DNA of 64,000 nt, from NCBI GenBank assembly GCA_965603825.1, contig CBFDEM010000062.1, positions 496,001 to 560,000 on the forward strand, in the 5' to 3' direction. This DNA is from Blepharisma stoltei ATCC 30299. Lineage: Eukaryota; Protista; Ciliophora. Every line of letters starts with the position of its first letter. Within the stretch, counting starts at the first letter, position 1. Of this stretch, positions 1-11,034 are shown in pieces. The notes under the pieces are model-generated. The model did not search any database, was not told the DNA's origin, and saw only the letters and a list, made by a program, of their open reading frames with translations. The translations under genes were made by a program, and so were the position numbers.

Positions 1-186
1 TCAAGCCAAATTTTAGTCCAAACTTCTGTTCTATCGCCTTATACAGAGGATATTGAAACTCTTCAAAAGAAAAATGAAATTCTGAGGAAGCTGGGAGAGC
101 CTTCCCTAAGCAAAAAAGCTGGGACAAGCTCTATGGCAGACCTACAGCCGGCAATTCAGCAAGTAAAGAAAAATGCTCAACAATAA
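1..186 (+). CDS. 3' end of an unknown protein (partial)
   Basis: Frame 1 is open from base 1 (SSQILVQTSVLSPYTEDIETLQKKNEILRKLGE...KNAQQ) to TAA at 184-186, followed by AT-rich spacer. Confidence 0.6.
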   Translation, partial: SSQILVQTSVLSPYTEDIETLQKKNEILRKLGEPSLSKKAGTSSMADLQPAIQQVKKNAQQ

Positions 187-433
187 TATTCTTAATAAAT
201 ATATAAACAATTATTAAAGTTATCAAAATCTTCTTATTATATTTTGTTTTTAGTTTCCTATAAACTTGCGATTTTAATAATAATTCTTGATTTTATTAAA
301 AGTTTTTTATTGATAGCAGTTATAAGGATAATTATATAAAATTGTATTTTATATTTTTATTAGATACTCTCTCTTACTTCAAGATACCAAAATAAAAAAC
401 CATAAAAAAACTGATTAACTTATAAATCACATA

Positions 434-3400
434 ATGTCAGTTCATCCAGTCGACGGATCTATTACTGATCTTAGGGCCGAAGAATTCGAAAATTGCCCAA
501 ATGAAGAGACTTTCCTAGACAAATTAGAGAAAAGAAAGCCATCAAGAAAATTTAGTTTGAAATCTCCGGATGTTGATAATGCAAGAAAAATCAGAGTTAA
601 TTCAATTGAACAAAATGAAGCTTTCCCCTCAAATAAAGTACGAACTTCAAAATACTCAATCATTACGTGAGCACCTAAAAGCCTACTCTGACAATTCAGG
701 AGGGTAGCAAATATTTATTTCTTAATTATTTCTATCTTATCGGCAATGCCGTTCTCTCCGAAAAATGCTTTTTCAACTGGTGCCACTTTTGCAGCAGTTC
801 TTGTATTTACTATGATAAAAGAAGCTTATGAAGATTATTTTAGGCATAAGCAAGACAATGCAGTAAATAATATGGAGACTCACATTTTAAACAGAAAATA
901 TAATAAATTTGAAAATGCCCATTGCAAAGATGTAAAGGTCGGTGATATTTTACAAATTAAGGATGGGGAAACTTTCCCAGCGGATTTAGTATTCATTTCT
1001 TCCAGTGATCCAAATGGGCTAGCTTTTGTAAACACAATGAATCTAGACGGAGAAACAAATCTAAAAGAAAGAATTGCATTAGAAAGCACTAAAATCTGCC
1101 AATCCCAATCAGACATTTCCTCTCTTTCCTGCGAAATCTGGTGCGATCAGCCCAATATTTCAATGGTGAAATGAAATTGCAATATAAAATTAACTGAGCA
1201 AGATTGAGAACCAATGAGTATGAAGCAACTGCTAATGAGAGGATGCGTATTAAAAAACGTTGAGTATATATATGGAATTGCTGTTTACACAGGCCATGAC
1301 ACAAAAATTATGCTTAACAGCAAAAAAGCTCCAAGCAAAGTTAGCAATGTTTTGAGGAAAATGAACAGGATTTTGTATACAGTTTTTGCATTCCAAATCG
1401 GAATTTGTGTTTTATTTGCTGGGCTAAGCATGACTTGGAACAAAGAAAATCTTGAAAAGCACGAATATCTGCATCAAAGTAGTTCATCTAGTGGATCAGC
1501 ATTTTTTATTCAAATTCTGACGTATTGGGTAGCTTACTCACACTTGATTCCTATTTCTTTATATGTTGCGCTTGAAGTGATAAAGTTACTTCTTGCTTAC
1601 TTGATTAATCAGGACCTTGAAATGTATTACGAAACTAACGACAAACCTGCGAATTGTCGATCGTCAGATTTAGTAGAAGAATTAGGACAGGTCGAATTCG
1701 TGTTTAGTGACAAAACAGGGACACTTACCTGCAACATCATGGAATTTAGAAAATGCTCTATCAATGGTGTAGTCTATGGAAATACAGGAAGCAAGTTTGG
1801 ACAACTTGATTCTCGTCCAACCTTAATTTTAGCAGACAAAGATCACAAAGAGCATAAAGCTGTCAGCGATTTCTTTAAACTCCTTGCAGTCTGCCACTCT
1901 GTATTCCCAGCAAAAGATAAACAAAACGGCGAAATTCATTATCAAGCCGCCTCACCGGATGAGCTCGCCCTTGTAGAATGCTCTTCATTTATAGGAATAA
2001 AGTTTTATGACAGAAATGATGGAAAAGTCTATCTGGCTTACGAGAATGGGACAACTGAAATATGGGATATTTTGGTGGAAGTGCCATTTAGCAGCGAAAG
2101 GAAAAGAATGTCAGTGATTACGAGGCATCCTCAAACCAAAAAACTTTTACTTATGGTGAAAGGAGCTGATTCTATTATGCTAGGGCTACTGAAAGAGACA
2201 TATTTAAGAGAAACTTATGAAAAGCATTTATATGATTTTGCGGTTGAAGGGTTGAGGACTTTGGTGATGGCCCAACGAGAGATTACAGAGCAAGAATTTG
2301 AACCTTGGTTTTATGACTGGCAAGATATACAGTTGAGCAATTCAAAAGATAAAGAAGAAAGACTAGACCGCCACGCTGCCCAGCTTGAAAAAAATCTTGA
2401 AATTGTTGGATGCTCTGCAATTGAAGATAGGCTTCAAGATGGGGTTCCCTCTACTATAGAATTATTAATGCGAGCTGATATCAGAGTATGGATCCTGACA
2501 GGTGATAAAGAAGAAACTGCTGTTGAAATTGGTAAATCCTGTAACTTAATACAACAAGACATGGAACTAATTGAGCTCTCATCAAACTCTTTTGAAGAAA
2601 TCTCCAATAAACTTAAGGAAAAGAACCAAATTTTTGGAATCGAGCATCTTACTTTTACTGAACTTGATGAAATTAAGAAAAATGTTAAAAAGAAGATAGC
2701 ACTAGTTATAAATGGAAGCACATTGGCGTATGTTTTTGGTGATAAGTCTGGCAAATTGCAGCTTTTATTTTTTAAAATGGGCTATATTTCAGCTTCTTGC
2801 ATTTGCTGCAGGGTATCCCCTGGACAAAAAATGCAGGTCGTGCAGCTTGCAAAAAGAAATGGCTCTTGAATTACTCTTTCAATTGGAGATGGAGCTAATG
2901 ATGTAAGTATGATCCAAGAAGCTCATATAGGAGTTGGCATTGCAGGGCTTGAAGGCACACAAGCTGTACAAGCAGCTGATTTTTCGTTTTCACAGTTTAG
3001 ATATTTAGGAAGGCTTTTGCTAGTTCACGGAAGGCTAGCCTATAGAAGAATATCTTGATTTATTTGTTATTATTTTTATAAAAACATTGTAGTTGTGTTT
3101 ACTGAGATATGATTTGCGTTTTTCAACGGATTTAGTGGACAAATTTATTGGCTGGATTGGCTTCCTATGCTTTACAATGCATTGTGGACCAGCTGGCCTT
3201 GTATGGTCACTTATGTTTTCGAGCAAGACATTGATGCGAAAAACTCAATTAAGTATCCTTTAATCTACGCTGCAGGACAAAGAGGTGTATACTTTACCTT
3301 TAAAAGGTTCTGGATTTGGGTGATCCTTGCTATTTGGCATGGAGCATTCTGCTATTGGGTGCCTATTTATGGACTTGCTGGAGCCACCGATGATAAAGGC

Positions 3401-3778
3401 CATATCGGGGGCTTTAGCTGAACATCGACACTATCATTTACTCTTGTAATCCACCTGATTACCTTAAAGCTTTTTTTAGAAAGCTTTTTCTGGACCAAAA
3501 TTAGCATGTAAGATATATATAGAATCGTTGGATTTGGAAGTATAGCTTTCTATTATCTTTGTGTAATAGTCTTAAACTCTCCTGCTGTAGGCAGCATTTT
3601 TCAGCCAGAAGCTCCATACATATTTTTCAATTTATTATCAAATGAAAAGGTATGGATTACTATTTTAATAGGACCGTTTATTGCTCTTACTCCAGATTTC
3701 ATAATCATTGCGTATAGGATGATTTTTACACCTAACCCTGTAGAGGAGCTGTTAAAATATTTAAGGACTTATTATTAG
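434..3778 (+). CDS. P4-type ATPase (phospholipid flippase); 8 TGA=Trp codons and one 15-nt intron
   Basis: ORF pieces 434, 746, 1214 and 3167 are one frame joined through TGA at 668, 689, 1172, 1205, 2867, 3056, 3110 and 3419. Motifs: [69 protein letters not shown]. Intron 3508-3522 removes an in-frame TAA; stop TAG at 3776-3778. Confidence 0.93.
3508..3522 (+). other. 15-nt spliceosomal intron GTAAGATATATATAG
   Basis: GTA..TAG with A at position 10; contains in-frame TAA; removal restores the last TM helices of the flippase. Confidence 0.88.
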
Positions 3779-3853
3779 AGTTTTAGTTCACTTTTTAATT
3801 AGTTATGTTATGCTGCATAAAATTGATGACATCTTTGAAAATGGATAATTTAG

Positions 3854-5083
3854 ATGCTAGGATCAGATAAATTTGGGCATATCAAGCTAGCGCCTGATGA
3901 TGCAATTCTTCAAACTGCAATTGCTTTTAGAAATGACTCACATACTGATAAAGTTAATCTTGGAGTTGGTGCTTATAGAACAGATGAAGGAAAACCTTTA
4001 CTATTTCGGGCAGTAAAAGAAGCAGAAAAGCAGATTTTAGCTGACCCAGCTACAAATAAGGAATATCTAGGTATCGATGGGCACTTAAAGTTTAATAAGC
4101 TAGCTCAAGAGTTATTACTAGGAGAATCTAGCTCAGCAGTACTTGAAAAAAGAGTTGCATCAGTCCAAACAATTTCAGGCACCGGCAGCTTGCGAATTGG
4201 GGCAGAATTTTTGTCTATGTTTTTTAACCCTTCATGTGTCCTTATTAGCCGTCCCACCTGGGGGAACCATATTACAATATTTGAGAGAGCAAGAATTCCA
4301 GTTAAGTATTATCCTTACTGGAACCCAAAAACTAAAGGAGTAGATATTGAAGGCATGATAAACGCTCTAAATGATGCTCCAGAAAAATCAATAGTCTTAT
4401 TGCATGCCTGTGCACATAACCCTACAGGCGTTGATCCTACACCTGATCAATGGGAAAGAATCGCTGATGTCATGGCCAGAAAAGATTTGCTGCCTTATTT
4501 TGACAGTGCTTACCAAGGATTTGCCACAGGAAGCATAGAAAGAGATGCATTTGCAATTAGAATGTTCATAAGCAGAGGGTTTCAATGTGTCATATCCCAA
4601 AGTTTTGCAAAGAACATGGGACTGTATGGAGAAAGAATTGGAGCTCTGCATATAGTGTGCAGGACTAGTGAAATTGCTGACAAGGTTCTAAGTCAGCTGA
4701 AAATTGTGATAAGGCCTATGTATTCCAATCCACCTATGCACGGAGCACTTATTGCAGCAAAAGTATTGGAAGATCCAGCTTTAAAAAATATATGGCTAAG
4801 TGAGCTTGAGCAAGTTTCTCAAAGGATAATTCAAATGAGAAGAGTCTTATTAGAAGAATTGGTTAGGATAGAAACCCCTGGAGACTGGACCCATATTACT
4901 TCCCAAATAGGGATGTTTTCCTTTACAGGATTATCCCCAGCCCAATGTGAAAACATGATTAAGAAGTGGCACTGCTATATGCTTACAAATGGAAGAATTT
5001 CTATGGCAGGCATAAACTCGAGAAATTATCAGCACGTCGCAAGGGCGATTAAGGATTCCTTGCAGATTAGAGAAAAGTTATAA
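3854..5083 (+). CDS. Aspartate aminotransferase
   Basis: VNLGVGAYRT, QTISGTGSLR, HACAHNPTGVDP, DSAYQGFA, SFAKNMGLYGERIG (PLP lysine), GRISMAG. Confidence 0.95.
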   Translation: MLGSDKFGHIKLAPDDAILQTAIAFRNDSHTDKVNLGVGAYRTDEGKPLLFRAVKEAEKQILADPATNKEYLGIDGHLKFNKLAQELLLGESSSAVLEKRVASVQTISGTGSLRIGAEFLSMFFNPSCVLISRPTWGNHITIFERARIPVKYYPYWNPKTKGVDIEGMINALNDAPEKSIVLLHACAHNPTGVDPTPDQWERIADVMARKDLLPYFDSAYQGFATGSIERDAFAIRMFISRGFQCVISQSFAKNMGLYGERIGALHIVCRTSEIADKVLSQLKIVIRPMYSNPPMHGALIAAKVLEDPALKNIWLSELEQVSQRIIQMRRVLLEELVRIETPGDWTHITSQIGMFSFTGLSPAQCENMIKKWHCYMLTNGRISMAGINSRNYQHVARAIKDSLQIREKL

Positions 5084-5129
5084 GATATTAATTAGAATCT
5101 TGTGATAAAATGGTTTAAGTTACAGTAAT

Positions 5130-7157
5130 ATGATTGATCATCAATTAGTTAATGAAGAGGAAAGCTCCAAAACTCAGTCTCCAGACAAAAGTGAGGAGAG
5201 TGAAAACGACAACGCAATGCCAAAACGACCCAAAAAGAAAGGCAAAAAAGTAATAATGAATGTCGCACTTACAAAATATCAGGTTGTTAAAAAGACTGCA
5301 AGTAAATTTTTTGGCTGAAAATTAACAAAAAAAGAAGACGATGAAAATTGAGATATTTTTTGAACAGATGCTTCAGTTGAGCCTGAAAAACTTGCTAGAA
5401 TGAAAATTTATCAAAAAATCAACCATTTTCCAGGAATGTATGCGCTTACTAGAAAAAATCATCTTGCTAAAAATTTGAATAGGATGAGGAAGCAGTTACC
5501 AGAAGTCTATAATTATTATCCTAAAACCTGGCTTGTTCCTGCAGAGCTATCTGACCTTCGTCTTTACTCAAGCAAGGAAAAAAATCAAGTTTTTATAGTG
5601 AAGCCTGAAGCGAGCTGTCAAGGAAGAGGAATTTTTCTGACAAAGAAATTTGATGATTTTTCTTTTGATGACAGATATGTCGTTCAAGAATACATAAAGC
5701 AGCCATTTTTAATAGATGGGCTCAAATTTGACTTAAGAATATATGTGCTCGTCGCAGGCTGTGATCCTTTGAGGATTTATTTGCATAAAGAAGGACTAGG
5801 AAGATTTGCAACAGAGCCCTACTCTCAGCCAAATGCAAGCAACTTAGCAAAACCGTGCATGCACTTAACAAATTACGCAATTAATAAGAACAATGAAAAC
5901 TTTGTATTTAATGAGAATGAAGAAGATGATGGTGTTGGCCATAAGCGAAGCTTGACTTCTATAATGAAATACCTTGAAGATTCAGGCCACAACACAGAAA
6001 AACTCTGAAATGAAATAAAAGCAATGATAGTGAATACTTTAATAGCAGCCCAACCAATGCTTTCTCATACATACAGAGCATGCCAACCAGATGACCCTTC
6101 TAACAGCATGTGCTTTGAAATCCTTGGCCTCGACGTCATGCTGGACAGCACTCTAAAGCCATGGCTTCTCGAGGTGAACCATTCTCCTTCCTTTACCACC
6201 GATTCTCCACTTGACTGAAAAATAAAATTCGAAGTAATTAGCCAAGCTCTTACCTTAATGAATATTTCTTATAGCAATCGAAAAACAGCTGAGTCTAAAA
6301 GGAAAAAGAGTATACTTACTAGATCCCTTACAACCTCGCAAGAGAAAAAAGAAATTAAGCAGCATGAAATTAGAAGAGCCCAAAGGAAGCGGGATATATG
6401 GGAACAGAATAATATAGGAGGATACACAAAAATTTATCCTACTGCAAACCCAAAAGAATATGAAAAAATCTTTGAAACTTCAAGACAAGTCTACGAAGAA
6501 TGGGCAGGATATAAAAAAGTTAATAAAAAAGAGGAAAAAGCCCAAGAGCTAAATAGGCCGAAATCGCAGCTCATGAGAACTAAAGCATCAGGCTTCCAGA
6601 AAAAAGAGACTGATTGCCAGAATCAAAGAAGTATGTCAATTATTATGTGTAACACTGAAAGCGAGGCCATTGCTGAAGGATTAGTAAGGTCTTCAACGCC
6701 TTGCGTGTATAATAGGCTGTATAGTCCTGTTAAAAGAACATACAAAAATGAAGGCTTACAGAGCAATTTTCCTATGGTGCATTTAGACAAGTCTCATCAA
6801 TCCGAAGTTCCAGTTAGACAGAGTCTTATTATTGAAACATCTTCTCAAAATAACAAAAAATCCCAGAGTCCTTGTAGAAAACCCCAAAATTCTACAATAG
6901 AAGACCTTATTAATGAGTCAAAAGCTATCGAAAACTTAAAAAAGAGGCTAATTTACTATAACTCTCCGCTAAAAATTCAATCAGTTCAATTAAGCCATAA
7001 CTCAGAAGATAATTCAGTTAACATTTCTGAGTTCCAAGATTTGCAAATTCCAAAAATAAAATGCCCTCAAATCGAATATATTAGAAAGCAATCTAATAAT
7101 CTCCGAAACCCTGCATATTGGAAAAAGGTTCTTACTCGACTGGAAAAGCAAAATTAA
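5130..7157 (+). CDS. Tubulin polyglutamylase, TTLL6/TTLL13-like; 5 TGA=Trp codons
   Basis: Four ORF pieces in one frame joined by TGA at 5316, 5349, 5361, 6006 and 6216, giving (W)DIF(W)[62 protein letters not shown]. Confidence 0.93.
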
Positions 7158-7221
7158 CTGTCATAATTAACAAAATAATTAGCTTAAATGGCATCTTGAC
7201 TAAGCAACAACATCATAGACA

Positions 7222-8136
7222 TTAAAAGACATTACAGTTACACATTTTTTGCTTATTCATAGACTCATTCTGCACCTTACTGTGAGATTTCACCTCGTTC
7301 ATATTGGTCAAGACTTTAGGTTCGACTTTTAGAGACCTAATAGGAAAAGTGCAAGTTAACTCATTAAAAGTATCATTAACAGTGCAGCTGTGCGAACTAT
7401 TGCTGGGATGGCCTATCTCAATGTCATTTTTCTTCCTCTTTTCGAGGATGCATACAATATATCTGTTTAAATAATCAAGCTCATCTCCTATTTGTTGGTT
7501 TTTGTATAAATCAGAAGTTTTTTTATTCTTTACATCCATCATACTTCTTTTGTGATCTTGGCTAGCTTCGCTGGCATCTTCAAAAACAAGTTTTTTTAAT
7601 TCTATGTCTGACTCTTCATATTCTAAAGGGACATTTTTTGTATTCAAAACTTTGTTAATTATTTCTGTTAAGGAATATTGAAGGGTTTCTATGGTGATGT
7701 TAAAATTAACCTTGATTTCAAAGGAAATAATTAGCTGGATTAAGCTGCAATCAACATGGACGTCAAGCCATATGTCATTAGAGGCAATGTCGCATGTAAG
7801 ATGCTCGCCTGTTTTTACATGATCTCCTATTGTCCCAATCTAACTGATAATTACGTTAGGCAAAAGTACTTGATTGTTCATTAAGTTTATCGCTCGCAAA
7901 TTTGTAAGTCCTGAGAAAGTTGAGTATTTTTCCATTGCTTCACCAATACGAAAACAAAGGTATGATAATGAATCACTGATTAGGAAATACTTTCTATTAA
8001 CTGTAACTAATATAACTTGCTTTGGAACAGGATTTCAATGAACAGTTACCTCTATCATTTTTTGAGCTATTCCGTCTTTGTCAAGGTATATATAATTTTC
8101 ATCGTCAAGACCTGCATCTTCTAGCAAATTTGTCAT
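7222..8136 (-). CDS. Hypothetical protein with C-terminal CaaX-like end (CNCNVF); one TGA and one 15-nt intron
   Basis: The listed ORF frame extends upstream to ATG at 8136 (MTNLLEDAGLDD...) once intron 7840-7854 is removed and one TGA is read as Trp. Confidence 0.75.
7840..7854 (-). other. 15-nt spliceosomal intron GTAATTATCAGTTAG
   Basis: GTA..TAG with A at position 10; its TAG is the only TAA/TAG interrupting the frame. Confidence 0.82.
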
Positions 8137-8236
8137 GTTTTATTGTTGATTTATTGAATATCTGCGTAAATTTATGGAATCCTAAAACAAATTATTTTCT
8201 AAAAATCAAAGATTTTTATAATTAAATAATCAAATT

Positions 8237-8875
8237 TTACCGATTTAGTTTTCTTTCGATGTCTCTTTTAACTATTTCTAAGCCTGCTTCATCAAGCTCC
8301 TTTAAGAGAGCTAAAACTGCACAAAGAATATTCTCGCTCCTACTTTCCCCTTCTGGCTTTCCTCTTTTAACTCTATTTCTGCTCTCTGAACTAGTGGCAG
8401 GTCTTTTTGGTTCTTCCTTTTTTATCGGTGCCAAATTTTGAGCATTTTGACTTGGAGAAGGCTGCTGATCTCCTACGCTATTCCTCTCTTCTGGAGTTAC
8501 TGCTTGATTGTCAAGCTTTGATAAATTAGGAAGATGACTTATTATGTATTGTCTATAATTTGGATTTTCTGCACATGGATTATCCCACAACCATAAAACT
8601 TTCAAATTTGGAAGATTTTGTAGATATCGGATTTCGCTCACATCTGCAATTAAATTTTTTCTTAAATAAAGCTCTGCTAGCTTTTGGCAATTTCTAAATT
8701 CCCTAAGGCTAGAAATTTTGTTGACACTTAATGATAATACTTCAACATTTGGCATATCTCTGAGAATTCTAACATCATCTATATCATTTCCCCAGAGATT
8801 GAGATTTTTAACACTGTCAAGGCTTTCTGCTTTACTTCTACTGAGGACAAGCTCTTCTGTTAAAGGTTTTCCCAT
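8237..8875 (-). CDS. CFAP410: LRR ciliary protein CFAP410 (C21orf2)-like
   Basis: VKNLNLWG..DV.ILRDMPNVEVLSLSVNKISSL..LAELYLRKN..LWLWDNPC and C-terminal NILCAVLALLKELD. Confidence 0.88.
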   Translation of the reverse strand: MGKPLTEELVLSRSKAESLDSVKNLNLWGNDIDDVRILRDMPNVEVLSLSVNKISSLREFRNCQKLAELYLRKNLIADVSEIRYLQNLPNLKVLWLWDNPCAENPNYRQYIISHLPNLSKLDNQAVTPEERNSVGDQQPSPSQNAQNLAPIKKEEPKRPATSSESRNRVKRGKPEGESRSENILCAVLALLKELDEAGLEIVKRDIERKLNR

Positions 8876-10199
8876 TTTAGAAATTCAATTTTATTCATAT
8901 TCGAAAAATAATTCTAGATAAATAAGAATAGTTTCAATTTTTATAGAGCTAAAAATAGGCAAATTTATAACGAAGAAACTGAAAAATCTATTCAATTAGA
9001 TTTACTAATCAATTTTGCTGATTAATTAAGGCTTAAGAAATTCAAACAAGCAATCCTGTTAACGAGCGAAGAATTTTCATGTATTTATTTCACTATATGA
9101 AAGCTAAACTAGGTTGATATAAGAAATAAGACTCAAATTCATAAAATATTGAAAATACTGATTATCTCTTTTCCTAATATTATTAAATATTCTTTCCTCT
9201 CCTCTAATTAAGAACAAAACATTTTATTCATCTCAAAATTATTATAGGAAGATAATTTAGCGATAACTACAAAATATCTTTATACTTAGCCATTTTCTCT
9301 ACTAAATTTCATGATATCTTTATGAATCGTTTATTTATTATTTATGCATTGATTGCTCAATACTGAACTTTTTTCTTTTTAATAATAATTCTGCCTTTCA
9401 AAATTATATCTAATTCAGATATTTCATAAAGCTGGATGATTAGCATAAAATATTATAAGCTATTCTCATTTATAGCAAGTTAAAAGGTTTACTATTATGC
9501 TTCAATTATAATTTAATGCTTCGAACTTCTAAAACTGGCTTAAATACGTAATTAAAATAATTCTAATAAATAAAAGCCTTAACACTCTATGCATTTAGCA
9601 TAAAAATATAAAAATTTCAATTATAATATTTAGCAAATAGCTTATTAGTTTATTATTCATATGTAGTAAAAATTTTTATCTTAGCATGACTAGTTTCTTT
9701 TTCTTCTCAATTTTTTTTTATTTTTCTTTGGCAAAAATTTCTGCAAAGAGGCAATTTTATGTTTTTTAATTTTAATTTTATAATGATTAAACCACTATTT
9801 TGTTATTTATAGTAATAAAGTTTAAATCATTACTGAGTTCTATTACATAATATAACTATAAATAAGATGACGAGACCTACTGATTTAATCAGCTTGGGCT
9901 AAAAAAGAGGTAGGCTTTATGCTTGCTCATACCTTAGTGCTATCTTAAATTCTGAGCATGATTACTCATCAATAGCAATAAAATTTAAGGACTGAAAGTA
10001 ACAGCAGAGCAAAAATAATTAAAAAGTCAATAATCAATAAAGTGCAAGCTATTTCTTTAAAGCTCTTAAACTTGGCATTAAAAATTCCTTTGAATATTAA
10101 TATATATTTGTCTAAATTATTTTTTAGTACTTTGCTTATTTATTTAAATCCCATTTATATGTCATATTGATTTCAATGAATGCTTTTAGTATAATAAAA

Positions 10200-10463
10200 A
10201 TGGGTTCATGTACATCTGTTTCTTATTCTCGAGTAAACAAAAAAAAATCAACTCCTCCTACAGAATCTAACCTGAATGTAGACCCAAATAGCATCCGAGA
10301 CAATTATAATAAAAATAAAGTAATTATGATAGATGAATTCATCCATCAACTTATGAAAGAGCAACTCCTTAGAAAGAAAGCTAAAGAAGCTCCTTCGCTG
10401 TCTATATCAAAAAGTGATCTATACAGTCGAAGATTAAGCCAAGTACAGCTTATAAACCTATAA
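10200..10463 (+). CDS. Small hypothetical protein (87 aa) with N-acylation-like start MGSCTS
   Basis: ATG after an A-rich context; MGxCxS N-myristoylation/palmitoylation pattern; coding-like island within an AT-rich spacer. Confidence 0.55.
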   Translation: MGSCTSVSYSRVNKKKSTPPTESNLNVDPNSIRDNYNKNKVIMIDEFIHQLMKEQLLRKKAKEAPSLSISKSDLYSRRLSQVQLINL

Positions 10464-11034
10464 GCATGCTAAGTAAATTAAAGACTAATGTTGACTTTAA
10501 GTGTATATAAAATATATATATAGTGCAAAAATAATGCAGAATTTATTATTTATTAAAAACTTATAATCCTTTAGTGATAGCATGCAGTTGAGACTTTATC
10601 TGATTTAAAATTTATAGGATCTGTATCTATCGTAATCTTGGTAAAAGGGATATAAAGCTTGAAAATTTTCAGATTAGTTTTTAATGCTAAGATTGCTAAT
10701 ATAAGTGCTTTTTGAGATTAAACTATTAATTTGAACAAGTTACCAGCCTTATGTTATGACGCTACTAATAAATGGTTTCAAATTTTCCCCATTTTATAAA
10801 ACTTATATTTTCCTATAACTATACTTATGTAATTAATTATAAATCCATTTTACTAATATGCTACACTATTGGGGAATATTATAAAACCACATACTCAAAT
10901 AGAAAATCAACAAATTTTATTAATCTATACACTAAAACATTATGTGAAGGCGGCCTAATTTTTCATTATCTTTAAGTAAATTAGAGTAAAAAAGAGATTT
11001 GCATGAAAAATGTAAAAATTATCATAATAAATAA

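Noticed and set aside
434-7157. Fragmented flippase and TTLL ORFs read as pseudogenes or selenoproteins
   Set aside because: Breaks are in-frame TGA at Trp-type positions in many unrelated genes; recoding explains all of them
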